Origin: Octopus sinensis
Lineage: Eukaryota
Length of the DNA stretch: 64,000 nt
NCBI RefSeq assembly: GCF_006345805.1
Contig: NC_042998.1
Span: forward strand, 19,282,001 to 19,346,000
Direction of reading: 5' to 3'
Within the stretch, counting starts at the first letter, position 1. Every line of letters starts with the position of its first letter. Below, piece by piece: positions 13,651 through 26,809 of the stretch. The notes under the pieces were generated by a model. It saw only the letters and a program-made list of their open reading frames with translations. It ran no database searches and had not been told where the DNA came from. Made by a program: the position numbers and the translations under genes.

Positions 13651-13955
13651 AACTTCTTCGATCAATTTTGCATTGTAATGTTCAGGAATTATTTATCCCT
13701 ATTAGAAATAAGAAGCTACTCTATACTGTGATAATCCAAGCCAAATTCACATGACACATAAGTAAATAGACATTGAAAACTTACCTAAATTGTAACACGC
13801 CAATAATTGCAAAACGGTGTCACATATGCCAGTAATGACAAATTATATGCTACTCTGACCCACAAGTTGTGTAACCAAATTAAGAGCTGTGTTTTTTAAT
13901 CCCCAGGCTAAATTTTTTATGTGAACGTTATTGTGTCATATCCGATTATATAGGA

Positions 13956-14378
13956 CTGAGGTAACTCCTCCAGAAGTTATAGAGAAATATAAAGAACAGT
14001 GCCATAGTTTTCATGTGAAATTAGTTGAACGATATTTCGTCATCTAGCGTTCCTTCCATAGGTTCAAAAAATTACATGTCAGCTTGCTATTTTTTGTTGT
14101 TGTTAAGTTTATATAAAACTGAGGTGACTCCTCCACAAGTTATAGAGAAATAAACAGAAGAGGGCCATTGTGTGACGGTAGAAGACCTACACATGTCAGC
14201 ATTGCTTGGAACTGGAAGAATTCTTTGCAGAGTCCTTGAAGCATGACCAGTAGACAAGAGTCAGCGTACTCTACTGTCTGAGGACAGCTGACAATTTCCA
14301 TTGTAAGATTTGAACCTGTGGAATGCACGCTAGATGCCGAAATATCGTTCAACAAATTTCACACGAAAACTATGGCGC
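13956..14378. repeat. imperfect ~85-bp inverted repeat plus ~50-bp direct duplication
   Basis: 13999-14085 matches the reverse complement of 14287-14378; 13956-14008 recurs at about 14119-14170. Confidence 0.8.
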
Positions 14379-14380
14379 TC

Positions 14381-14413
<33 letters not shown>

Positions 14414-14416
14414 TAA

Positions 14417-14447
<31 letters not shown>

Positions 14448-14469
14448 TGTTGTTGTTGTTGTTGTTATT

Positions 14470-14508
<39 letters not shown>

Positions 14509-15194
14509 ATAGTAGTAGTAGTTGTAGTAGTAGCAGTAGCAGCAGCAGCACTACTACTACTACTACTACTACTACTGCAGCATTTGAACTCAGAACGTAA
14601 AATCAAAAGAATTATTACTAAGCATATTGTCCAGCATAAATAACATCGATTATAGATAATATGATAATTTCCGTATAAACACTGATAAACATGCAAACGA
14701 AACCTGTATAGACTGCATAGATTTACAATACAGAAAGTTCATTTGTATTTGTTACATAACTGGAGAAATAAATTACGGCTTGTGAAATTCCATATTTATA
14801 GGAACAGCTAAAATGACAACTGGCATTAAAATGATCACAATTCTTAATACAGGCCTGAAGCTTATTTCTCAATTCAACGAGTGAATCAGATAGGATATAA
14901 TGGCAAGCGTGTGGATTATTATGTTTCCATGCCACTGCATAATTTATAACTATGTCCTACACATTCAGCATCTCGAGAGAATACACTATTTATCATGCAA
15001 TGTGATTAAGAAGGTAGTGAATAATCAAAAGCAGTAACCGTATTATCAGTGACTGTGAACGTCGCGCTTACAGAAGAGAACGTCTACACGTTTACTACAA
15101 AGGAATAAAGTTTTCTTATTTCCAATCTAGAAGGGTATGATTAAAGAGAGGTAGCGGGAGATGAAAAGAGTAAAAGAGAGAGAGAGAGAGAAAT

Positions 15195-15660
15195 ACTAAA
15201 GTTATATTAGAACTCCAAAGTGTCAATCCGTTATGCTTTTCCAGGCAGTCCTGTGAATTCATAGAGTACTTGAGAGTGTTCTTCTACTAGAAAGTATTCA
15301 ATAAGACGAAGTGCTTATAGAGAAGTAACTTCATCATAGGGCTTTCAGATAATCATCGTAAAGTCAATACCACAATGACCGACATCCAATCTACAGTGGA
15401 GAAGGCTAGCCACTGGATTTGGTTAAAAAGAGACGATGAGCGATGGCTAGAAGGATATTGAGCTTAATTTGATAACCAGCAGATCTAGCAAGCGGGGCCA
15501 CATATCAGTGAGGGGAGGGGGCAGTGCGCATTGATGCCGTCGAGAGGTATGCCTCAAAACGGCGCGCATTCTCTCCTGATGGCCCCATACACTTGCTGAC
15601 TTCCGGTATACGGAGCTTTTGACTGGTAGCACTTGCATGTGCAAGTTGTTTGCAAGACAT
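15195..15660 (+). mobile_element. 3' end of Hero-like RLE LINE, copy B
   Basis: TVEKASHWIWLKRDDERWLEGY* followed by 3' UTR, which runs into (AAT)n. Confidence 0.72.
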
Positions 15661-15673
15661 AATAATAATAATG

Positions 15674-15732
<59 letters not shown>

Positions 15733-15748
15733 TAATAATAATAATAAT

Positions 15749-15800
<52 letters not shown>

Positions 15801-15824
15801 TAATAATAATGATGATAATAATAA

Positions 15825-16383
15825 TAAATGCCCTGATGCAGTACCAGGCAGTGGCTCTCATGGCTTCTGATCTTAACTGATTGGAAGTGTCATCATGTAC
15901 ATTGTTTTGTCTTGGTATAAAAGATGGGTTACAGCAAATATTCTGCTCAATACCACAGATTTGCTTGTCTGTTGTTTGACCGTAACCAGTTGAGCATGTC
16001 CCTTAGTGGCTGGCAATACGTGCATCTCTGATCACGAGCAGAAGTAGTGGGGGAGCATCATAGCCATGTGTTGAGCGGGATTGTTTGGAGTTTGAATAGT
16101 TCACCTCTGGAAACATGGGTGGTTCTTTCAACATCCTTAAACAACCCTTATTCAGGGACCTTTTGAGCAGGATGGGCTACTCGACCTGAAGAAAATTCTA
16201 ACTGGGCCCCACCTGCAAGGTCATGTGCTGTTTATCTTGATATGAGATCACCATGTCGCGCACATATGGTTGTGATGCATGTGCCCGCTGTATCCTTATC
16301 AGACGGGTAGTCATGATGGGTATGCTGGGCTTCGTATATTTTACCCCAGTGTCACTTTGATGGCATGCACTGCTCTCTCACTC
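15825..16383 (+). mobile_element. (TAA)n-anchored element, copy 3 (most complete)
   Basis: Same termini; followed by a short AAT tract and a truncated fourth head at 16418-16511. Confidence 0.88.
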
Positions 16384-16964
16384 AACAATAATAACAATAA
16401 AAATAATAATGATAATAATAAATGCCCTGATGCAGTCCCAGGCGGTGGCTCACGTGGCTTCTCATCTTAACTGATTGGAAGTGTTATCATGTACATTCTT
16501 TTGGTATAAAATCAGACGTCGAGATATTTCTGAATAAGAACGTCCAGATTAAATGATGACTCAAAATCGACGTATCTATTTTGATAAAACTGAACATACA
16601 GATATGTAGAATTATGGGATTGAACGCAGGGACATTACGATAATAATAGCAGGAACAGCAATAATCAAAATGGACACACAAGAAAAAAAACATATAGCTA
16701 AAACAGCAGTTATTCACATACAGAGAATAAACAGATATATAGCTCTATTATGTACTGAAGACATGTAATTTGCAGTATATAGGATTCGGTAAACAAATGA
16801 AATCACATTAACAATAAATAAAATACTGTATATAACTAAGACAGTTCCGGACTAAGTAACAAATAACAAATTAAAATGCGAAAAATAAAACGCTCCCTGA
16901 GGAAACATAGAAAATAAAGTAAAATAAAATTATCTAATACATATAACCAAAGAAAAATAACTGA

Positions 16965-17560
16965 ATCCCTATCAACATTCAGTCGTCAAGTAGATGATAG
17001 GGATATAATTCAGGCTCCAATAAGTGTAGCTAATATTTATTTTATAACACCTTTGTATTGATTGAATGCATATTGTTTATAAAAATAACATGGTGTGATG
17101 ATAACATACAAGATTCACATAAACAAAACAGAATGAGAAAAAAATAATGATAACCCGATTTTGCATCGCATAAACTATCACAGCTACACACAGATAAGCT
17201 AAAATTGATTAAAATAAAGAAATAAAAACATGCAAAAGATTAAGTGCACTAAAAAAACGTGACACAATTTTACACCCATTTCCTCAATTCTACTTATATT
17301 TACATTGTATTCGCTTTTTTTTTCCAAGGGGCATTTAACGGAATGAATTAAAATAATTGACAATAGAATAACTATAGCAGTAACTTGGTATTGCCGATTT
17401 GTTATAACAATATTAGTATATTTTAGCAGTCACGAGGTACAATCATTGAACTTAATTCGTTATTTGTCTTTTTGCTCAATTTAATATAGAATCCATTTTT
17501 GTACATACTCTTTTGCCAACGATATATTTACGACGCCAAGGTGCAAAATGTTCGCCATTG
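16965..17560 (-). pseudogene. possible CTL-like/WSC-like module C
   Basis: IEQKDK*RIKFNDC, VKLCHVF..FCMF, RCYKINISYTYWSLNYIPIIY in the same order as module A. Confidence 0.28.
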
Positions 17561-17779
17561 TTATTTTTAAAAACTACGTTCATATTACCAGTCATTTCTC
17601 TTTCGATACTTTTCTCTATCTCCTTTGTATATGGTAAAGTAAATACCATAAAACTGCATAATACGAGTATATAACACGTTACATTCGCTGTTGCTAATTG
17701 AGACTATGTTAAACACGGGGTAACGGAAATTGCCAACTTCCCATACATCAAATATAAAGTAAACATTTTCTATAAACAA

Positions 17780-17786
17780 CTATCTA

Positions 17787-17868
<82 letters not shown>

Positions 17869-17994
17869 AGTATGTGTTTCCATTATTAGCATAATGACAC
17901 TTCTAAGGCACAAGACATCTACGTCTGACTATCTGTCAACCTCTCTATCTATTTATCTATCTACCTACCTATCTATTTATCTCTTTATTCATCT

Positions 17995-18058
<64 letters not shown>

Positions 18059-18071
18059 GTAGATAGACAGA

Positions 18072-18118
<47 letters not shown>
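17780..18118. repeat. (CT)n/(TATC)n, then (GATA)n and (TA)n microsatellites
   Basis: Seen directly. Confidence 0.95.
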
Positions 18119-18121
<3 letters not shown>

Positions 18122-19089
18122 GGCTATGTGTTTGTGAGAGAGTATATCGTAACATTTCTACTGGTGACGTCTGTTATAATCTTATGTGGGCATTACATTC
18201 TATCTTTATTTATTTTTCCATGAGGTATTCATTGAATGTTTATTTAAAAAAAGTTTTATTGACTAGTTCCAAAAAGGAAAAGTTTGCGGTGTTATTAGAA
18301 TACTATTCCTATATAATGGAAACACAGAACAGTATCGTTACAATAACTTCATGTTCTACTATTTATAAATAAAAGGTCTGTACATTTCCTTATTTTTACC
18401 CTACTTCATATACGAGCTTGGTAATCAAGAAGCCTTTAGCTAGAATACATAACCTTTTCCTTTTCTGAATGTATCTATGTAACCTCCATTACATTTCGAT
18501 GCTAGGAATATATTCATATCGACTAACGTGCGTCAATGTAGGTGGTTATTAATCAATAATTTTTATTATGGTAATTTGTTGATTCAAATTACATTTTGGC
18601 AAAGCAATGCTCAATTATCTTCAATTGATACTATTAAAAACATAAGATAAGATTTTCAAAGGTAGCATTGAATACATAAATAATAGCGTTACTCCCCTGT
18701 GCCTACTACTTCAAATTATTCTATTTATATGGTGAACAAAACGTTTCCTTCATGCAAAATATTTTGTTCAACAATGAAAGCAGAGGTGAGAATACAATGT
18801 TTCCCGTATGAGTCTATGTTGGTACCGTTTCTGTGGCTGTCACATTTCCACCTGAAGAACGCTTCATTAACCATTACACCTGACAATTATATTTAATATC
18901 AAAGCAAATCTTAGTAACTTGAAACTTTCTCCTATCATCTTTGCAGAATGCGTCTAAATGCTACAATATTTGGCTTTTCTCTCCACAAGTAAGTTGCAAA
19001 TTTCAATAAAACCTCTTCTGGCACAATATTACCTACATGACTGAAAATACCTGCACACTTACATACATACATACATACATTCATACAGA

Positions 19090-19785
19090 TCTACCATACA
19101 GAAAAATGAAGATGCATGGGTATGTTGCTCGGAATGTTGAAGAAGACTGTAGAATTGACATGGGGTGCACTCTCTCTTGGACACAAGACAATTAAACCAC
19201 ATCACACGTTGAAAGCTATGCGTTTGCAATCCAGGAACATGTGATTTCCACAAAGTACCTGGTGAACACGTGAGACAGTGATGCGTCACGGTACTACTTC
19301 CCTATGCAACAAGATGTTGTTGCTAAAGCAATTTAAAGTGCCATCCGCTAAAAAATACTGTCCTGAAATATACTTAGAAAATCTCTCTATTATAGAACGC
19401 ATATATAAACACCAACTCGCGGAAAACTGGTGGAATATTTCGATGAAATCTTCTGTCAAATGAAAATATAGCAGGCTGGATATTGTTGTTTGGGACAAAG
19501 GGGTAAAGGTATGTACCATTATAGAGGTCATCTCCCCTGCAGATAAAAACTTCTTGAAAATCAAGAAAAGAAGATATCTGTGGACAACTGCTTCGAAACA
19601 TCCAGCTTTTATATCGAGGCTATGAATTCATATTCATAACAATAATAATTGGAGCACTAGGGGTTCTTAGTAAATGCTTAAACGAGAACCTGGATGGAAA
19701 AAGAAATCGACCGGCTATTTCGTACATTATGAGTGCAATATGTCAGTGGAACAGTAAAAATATGCAAGATTTTTCTCAAGTTTGT
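19090..19785 (+). mobile_element. R4-clade RLE LINE 3' fragment (endonuclease)
   Basis: RYYFPMQQDVVAK, WWNISMKSSVK*KYSRLDIVVWDK..CTIIEV..PAD, IIIGALG. Confidence 0.8.
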
Positions 19786-20794
19786 AATGTGAATTTGTCT
19801 ATGTTAACTACATCCCAAAGATATAGCCTTGTATCATTCTTGGAAACCGGCTCCTTTCTCAGTGGAAGAAGTATAATAATTAAAAATTAGAAGAGACATA
19901 CATATATACATACATGCATACATACATACATACATACATACATGCATACATACATACATACACACATACATACATTCTAGGCTTCTGAAATCCAAAAAGG
20001 AGAAAGTTAATTCGATGTCTACAGATCTAATCCCTCAGTGAAGCAGTAAAAATCTGTAAAACTTACAAGAGATTTATCATCTACATATATGAGCATGTCT
20101 AAATATGCAACTATATGTTGGAAATGCATACGTAAAATAAAACATACAAAGCTGCACATATGCACATATACATACATACGAACAAAATACCCTGTTGTTG
20201 AAGTTGAAATTCTAATGAAGGAGCCTTGAATCTAGATTGGAAACCGATTCTTTCTCTATTGGAAAGAAATCTTGAAATAAAACTAAGTGACACATATATA
20301 TGTGCATAGATGTACAAGATATATTTGGACGACACATTTGACTTCTCTGTTAAAAGTCTTCAAATAAATCATTAATTTCTGTCATCACTAATTCTGTTTC
20401 CCTCTCATACTGCAAATAAGTTTGTCATTGCGTATTTAGCGCTCTATCAAATTCAAAGGTGTATTTATGTGTCTTATTTTGTAATGATTTTGTTCATTTT
20501 TTCCCATTACACCGCCCACAGTTTTGGAAATTTATGCCAAATGAAGTAACCATCTGTAAAATATTTCAGTATACTAACAGTACTAATGTGTCACACACAA
20601 AAATGATTGCATTCATTTGGGCGGTATATTCGTCTCTACCCTTTAAGCATTCTTCTTTCTCTGAGAATATTTTTTGCTTAGACACTCCGCCCTTTTCGTT
20701 ACTCAATTATTCCCTTTCCTGCATTTAATGTAAGTTCAGTCATCTCACAATGAGACAATTCAGCGTAAACATTCTATAATATGACTAAAGCAAA

Positions 20795-21485
20795 TAGCGG
20801 TGAGTTAGAATAGTTAGCACACCGGGCAAAGTGCTTAGCAGTATTTCATCCGCCTTTGCGTTCTGAGTTCAAATTTCACCGATGTCTACTTTGCCTTTCA
20901 TCCTTTCGGGGCCGATTAAATAAGTACCAGTTACGCACTAGGGTCGATATAATCGACTTAATCCGTTTGTTTGTCCTTGGTTGTCCCCTCTCTGTGTAGC
21001 CCATTGAGGGCAGTAAGAAATAGGTATTTCGTCCGTCTTTGTGTTCTGAGTTCAAATTCCGCCGAGGTCAACTTTGCCTTTCATCCTTTCGGGGCCGATT
21101 AAATAAGTACCAGTTACGCACTAGGGTCGATATGATCGACTTAATCCGTTTGTTTGTCCTTGGTTGTCCCCTCTCTGTGTAGCCCATTGAGGGCAGTAAA
21201 GAAATAGGTATTTCGTCCGTCTTTGTGTTCTGAGTTCAAATTCCGCCGAGGTCAACTTTGCCTTTCATCCTTTCGGGGGCGATTAAATAGGTACCAGTCG
21301 ACGTAATCCGTTTGTCTTTCCCTGTTTGTCCTCTCTGTGTTTAAGCCCTTGTGGGTAGTAAAGAAATATGTATTTAGTCCGTCTTTGCGTTTTAAGATCA
21401 AATCACACTGATTTCGACTTTACAATTTATACTCTCTGAGTCGATAAAGCATGTGAAAGTTGAGCATTGTGGTAAATCTAATCGA
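20795..21485 (+). mobile_element. SINE family 2 with ~185-bp body repeated three times plus a partial fourth
   Basis: Repeating GTATTTCGTCCGTCTTTG...GTAAAGAAATAG units. Confidence 0.9.
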
Positions 21486-21529
21486 TTAAACCTGTCTCTC
21501 AAATGGTGTTTTACTAAAAGAGAAAGAGA

Positions 21530-21700
21530 TCCATTCTTTCTTGCAAACAAATGCCACATTGTAGTTTAACGATGTATAGGTCACCCCATCGTGTTCCACT
21601 TTCTCGCGTGTATCACCTCCAAAATTTATGTAGGCATATGACTCTTTATTCTATTCTTCCAAAACGGATAGTTCACCGCTTGATTGATCACTGTTTTTTT
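21530..21700 (-). pseudogene. C-type-lectin-like C-terminal remnant
   Basis: ESYAYINFGG..., RKWNT in an adjacent frame, NYNVAFVCKK; resembles the CTL ending C..W..C..FVCK. Confidence 0.4.
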
Positions 21701-22147
21701 AACAACCAGTGTCATTATTCTATATAAAAACACACAGAAGATAAGTACATAACAAAGAAATAAAACTCAAGATTACAACGAATGATAAACTGGTGTGTAG
21801 CATTTTAAACAATGGATATTGTGATAACATTTACTGAATTCTGTACAATAAATATGTCCCAGGAAATTCTCACGTGGACATGAATGATATTATCGAAAAT
21901 ATATTAAAATGAAATTGTAAGAAAATATAAAATAAATATTTTGAATTATATGCAGTAAGAAAGTAAAATAATAATCACCTTGCTCCGGATCGGGGATTAT
22001 CCAATAATTTTTTGCTAGTTTATTTGTCTATTTGTTCTTTCTCCTAGTGCTGTATGAATACTTGATGTGGTTTTGCAGTCAGACTTTGACTGCTATCTCT
22101 AGCATGGTAGTATATTTTAGATACCCTTGATTATAATTCTAATAATA

Positions 22148-22195
<48 letters not shown>

Positions 22196-22307
22196 GGCAA
22201 GGAAGAGTAGTGAAGAGAGAGGGAGAGAGAGTGGGCAGCAGAGGTCTAACATCCAGCATCTAATAATACAGATGTGAGAAAATCTATGTGATATTAATTT
22301 GAAGCTG

Positions 22308-22480
22308 AGGGCGGTGAGCTTACAGAATCCTTAGCATTCCGGGTGAAATGCTTGGCAGCACTTCGTTCGTCATTGCATTTTCAGTTCAAATTCCGCCGGA
22401 GTCCAAGCTGCCTCTCATCATTTCGGGATAGATGAACTAAGTCGAGCACTGGGCATGATGTAATCGATTTACCACCATCA
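22308..22480 (+). mobile_element. SINE family 2, degraded
   Basis: GGCGGTGAGCT head, GTTCAAATTCCGCC. Confidence 0.75.
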
Positions 22481-22554
22481 GCAAATCATTTGCCCTTCTA
22501 CTGGACTTTAAAACCAATATTAATGTGAAGCTGATCAAATTTGTACTATATATA

Positions 22555-22713
22555 GGCGTGGCTGTGTGGTAAGAAGCTTGCTTCCCAACCACGTGGTTCT
22601 GGGTTCAATCTCACTGCGTGGACCTTGGGCAATTGTCTTCCACTAAAACGTCAGGCTGACCAAAGCCTTATGAATGTATTTAGTAAGCGTAAACTGAAAG
22701 AAGCCGGTCGAAT

Positions 22714-22751
<38 letters not shown>

Positions 22752-22972
22752 TTATATATTTATATATATATTTATATATATGTTGTGTATCTTTGTTTGT
22801 CGCCCCACCGTCGCTGAACAACCGATGTTGGCGTGTTTATGTTCCAGTAACTTAGCAGTTTGATATAAAACACCGATAAAGTAAGTACTAGGCTTACAAA
22901 TAATACGACCTGAGATCGATTTGTTCGACTAAAGACTGTGCTCTTGCATGACCGTAGTCAAATGACTGAGAC
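22555..22972 (+). mobile_element. SINE family 1
   Basis: GGCGTGGCTGTGTGGTAAG A-box-like, GGTTCAATC B-box-like, shared body and tail. Confidence 0.85.
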
Positions 22973-22989
22973 TTATATATATATATATA

Positions 22990-23310
22990 AAGGGAAGCTT
23001 TATGAAAATAGACAAAAGACGAAGGCAGGTTTACGGAAATAAACAAAATACGAAGGCAGGTGGATACAAACAAACAATTGTATTAGTATGGCGCTCAGGA
23101 AATATAAATAAAACAAGTCTTTAACGTTTCGAGCCTACGCTCTTCAACAGAAAGATACACAGAGAAAAAACACAGAAAGAAGGAGAGAAAAAAATATGCG
23201 TGTAGAGGCTAGCGAATCAACATGGCGATCTGATTTCGGCCAGAAGTCAAAGATCAAACGTGAGACGCAAGAGCGAAATTAGGGGAGATAATAGGGTTGA
23301 ATGACCTCGC
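22990..23310 (-). mobile_element. Penelope-type pseudo-LTR fragment carrying a minimal hammerhead variant
   Basis: Abuts (TA)n; hammerhead-like motif at 23118-23155. Confidence 0.6.
23118..23155 (-). ncRNA. minimal type I hammerhead-like motif (CUGUUGA variant)
   Basis: UCUUU-CUGUUGA-A-GAGC-GUAG-GCUC-GAAACGUU-AAAGA: stems I and II pair, palindromic ACGU stem III, as in PLE minimal hammerheads. Confidence 0.6.
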
Positions 23311-23469
23311 TCCAACATAAGAGTGTGTGTGTGTGTATGAGAAGAGTGTGTGTGTGTATGAGAGAGTATTAGTGCGTATGAGAGGTCTTGACGTGTGTAT
23401 GTATGTATGATATGATGTGTAAAGTCGTATGGTGTAGTGTAGAAAGAGGAGATGAGGGAAGAGGGGGAC

Positions 23470-23627
<158 letters not shown>

Positions 23628-25034
23628 GTGTATGCCTGTGTGTGCCTCTGTGTGTGTGCGTCTGCGTCTGTGCGTGTCTGTCTGCACAGAGTGAGAATGT
23701 AGACAGATCAGCTAAAGTTAAACTTAGATATTAGAGTTTCAAAAATTATCCCTGCACGAAAATATGAAACGATTGCCAAATGGTAATTGAGACACACTCA
23801 ATTATAAGAAGAGGCAATAATTTCTGTGGTCCGTCATTCTCAACCGAGGACAGGCTTATTGTCTGAAAGTTGTAGACACATCTTTCTGTCTTGAGGGTAT
23901 CGTTAGTACCATAATTAACCAGCTGTCTGTGGACATAAACGTGCGTAACAAGTGTAAAACGCGGTTATGGGGAAGCTAATATGCACGAATGTAAATAGAA
24001 ATGATCTCAGGGAAATAATTACAAGTGGCCAGAAGCACGTAAATGAATAACATAATCAGACACATGCATATCGCCTTCCATACATGTACATCTTAATTTA
24101 TTGAATTGTTAAAATTAATTCTGCTGCTGGATGATGTGTCACAATTAGCAAATGGCAACTGAGTCTAGCTCCATACGACAAAGCGAGATAATCTCAACAA
24201 TCAATAAGTTTCGTCGATTGAATTTACTAAGTAACATTATATATTATATTACATTTATTAGAACATTGACTGCTTATTGAGAAATCTTATACCATTCTTA
24301 ACTGAATATTGTAGTCATCCATAATGATATCTTTTAAGGATTTAGTTTACATTTTCAATAACCCAAACCGGAACTCCGATTGAAGCTCTAATTTTGATTA
24401 GTAACTGTCCACCTCTATCACAGAATATATAATTATATTTAGTCAACTACCTTTACAGGTAAATGTCGATGCATTATACGGAAGTTTCTTTTAATAAAGA
24501 GTTAATCGTGTGATTTGAAGATCAAAAGGCTTCTCTTACTTTACGGGAAGCATTATCAATCCAGTTCCTAAACGATTCCTTAGATCCTTGAATATAAATG
24601 TAGAAGTATTTTACTTTATCTTTTGTCGAGCAAAGCAAAGATCGAACACTTAAAAAAACCCCGTTTCTTTGGTTTTTAGTCGTGCACTACTTTAATTATT
24701 TAGATTACCGATAAATTGGCAATTTGCAAATATGTAAAACATTTTAATGGATAAACCAGCTAGATATAAACCTCTGTAAGAGATGAAAGTAGTAATTGTA
24801 CTGGCAAGGAAAGTTTGTTGTCACTTCGACACGGCTGTTCCGTACAAACTGTAGTTACTGAGAACTGTTAACCCCGAGAGGACATTTACTCTTGCTGGTT
24901 AACGATGCAACCTTCATCAATATATTGCATGCAGGAGGGCAAAACGTTTACCATATTCTAGCGACAGAACCAGCCTAGTTTCGGTCTTTTTCTGCTCTTC
25001 CTTAGTGCTGGGCACTCTAACTGACAAGGCGAGT

Positions 25035-25116
<82 letters not shown>

Positions 25117-25146
25117 GTGTGTATTACAGCATCCATCTAGACTCAC

Positions 25147-25720
25147 ATATTCATATATACATGTAAGTTGTACTGAAATGGAATACTTTTCTGCAACTGC
25201 ATAGAACATGCATAGAACAGCGCTCGGACCATTTTCCAGTATGCTAACGTGTGATATATGTACACATTGAACGGGCTTCATCTACATTAGTAATGACAGC
25301 AAATTTATTACCTGGTTTCTAACATTGTTCGAAAATATTGTCTGCGGTTTTTCCTATTTTAATTTTCGATTTCGTTGGCTGACCTTTATTCTTACGGTCA
25401 GCTTCATACTGTTTAACAGTATAACATTTGGCATGTTCGTACGTCCTAAGGACATTTTTCAAAAACTTGTTAACTTAATAATTTATCTAGCAATGCATTC
25501 GTATTTTTCTGTTTCCGTATGTAACTTACATAATTTAATTTGCTTTGCTCAGCTTTTTTCGTATACCGAGAGAGGTTGATTTGTTTATCAGTTATTCAAT
25601 AGCTGACAAATTGCTGTCGCTTTTTAGACTTTCAATAGAAACGTATATCGTTGGAAAGGTGAAATCGATCAATTGCGTAAAACGAATGCCTCTTGATATA
25701 TCTTTCCAATGGTTAAAGAT
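25147..25720 (-). pseudogene. degraded CTL-like/WSC-like module D ending at a GTGAGT donor
   Basis: FNHWKDIS, SLGIRKS*AKQIKLCKL..ECIAR*, AKCY, DNIFEQC*, SMCTYITR*HTGKWSERC, LTCIYEY then gtgagt. Confidence 0.45.
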
Positions 25721-25879
25721 GCGTATGCATACATATCTAGAAACACACACACACACGCATTTATATATATATATATCAGATATAACTTACTTAGTAATGG
25801 ATGTGTGGCGTTCAATCATATAATAATATAAATAATACATATAAGAATAAACGCATACGTATATGTACATAATTACATA

Positions 25880-26629
25880 TTTATGTATGAACATATGAAT
25901 ATGTGGGCACAGGAAGTCACTAACGTAAACAACATGAAATATGAAGTAAGAATACACGGAATATGAGCTCTTTTTTGCGAACAACGAAAGCAAGAAATGG
26001 AAAACAAGACAAGCGATATAAAGAACGACTCTTCATCAGTTGTCGGCTGTTTTTATAATCCGTACTTAGCACAATTCACAACAAGATACGCCTTCGATAA
26101 AACAGTTGCTTCCGCAAAGCAAATTAAATAAAATTTAGAATTTTGCGGAGGGTAAAAACTGTTAGAAAAACAGGACAGTGAAAACAAACTAATCCTAAGC
26201 GAGGTGAAGTGGCGAACGCGGAGGAAGAAGAATGGACAGGAGACAGGCAAGGATGCGTCTGATTCTTGGAGTTGAATCAGAAGGAAAGAAAGGACTCAAG
26301 TGAGAAAAAGAAAGATGGCCGATGTTAACGTGGGAGCAGCGAGAGAACAAAGGAGGAAGATTGAGGTAGAGAGATGGACAGACAGAGAACGGCGAAGGGG
26401 AGAGGAAGAGAATTACGGAAAGGATAAGAGAGAGAAAATGAAAAGGAGAGAAGGGGAGATAAGAAAATATAGAAAGGAAGAGAGAGGAAATGAAAGATTA
26501 ATAGAATAGAAGTGTGGCATCGAAATTATTAAGATAAAACTTACTTGGGAATGGATGCATGGCATTCAATCTTATAATAATATAAATGATATATATATGC
26601 ATATATACATACATATATGTACATACTTT

Positions 26630-26700
<71 letters not shown>

Positions 26701-26800
26701 AAGTATATATGCATTTGTGGGCACAAGATGTCACAGAATGTAAACAACATGAAATACGAAATGCGATTACATGGAATATTAGAAAAATAAATTTTAAGCC
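25880..26800 (-). mobile_element. probable Penelope-type repeat remnants (direct repeat at 25903 and 26718)
   Basis: GTGGGCACA..GTCAC..GTAAACAACATGAAATA occurs twice beside TA/GT tracts; minus-strand CTGATGA near 26035. Confidence 0.35.
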
Positions 26801-26809
26801 GCAAATTTG

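Noticed and set aside
18947-18988. 42-nt candidate exon (TTGCAG ... GTAAGT; MRLNATIFGFSLH)
   Set aside because: Good splice signals but no partner exon or homology; cannot be supported without RNA-seq.
22555-22630. tRNA gene
   Set aside because: tRNA-like SINE head continuing into the SINE body; no complete cloverleaf.
24970-25010. Minus-strand CUAAGGA...GAAAC hammerhead-like motif
   Set aside because: Core mutated and stems do not pair convincingly.
26025-26110. Minus-strand CUGAUGA in a Penelope-like repeat
   Set aside because: The remaining hammerhead strands are too decayed to assemble.
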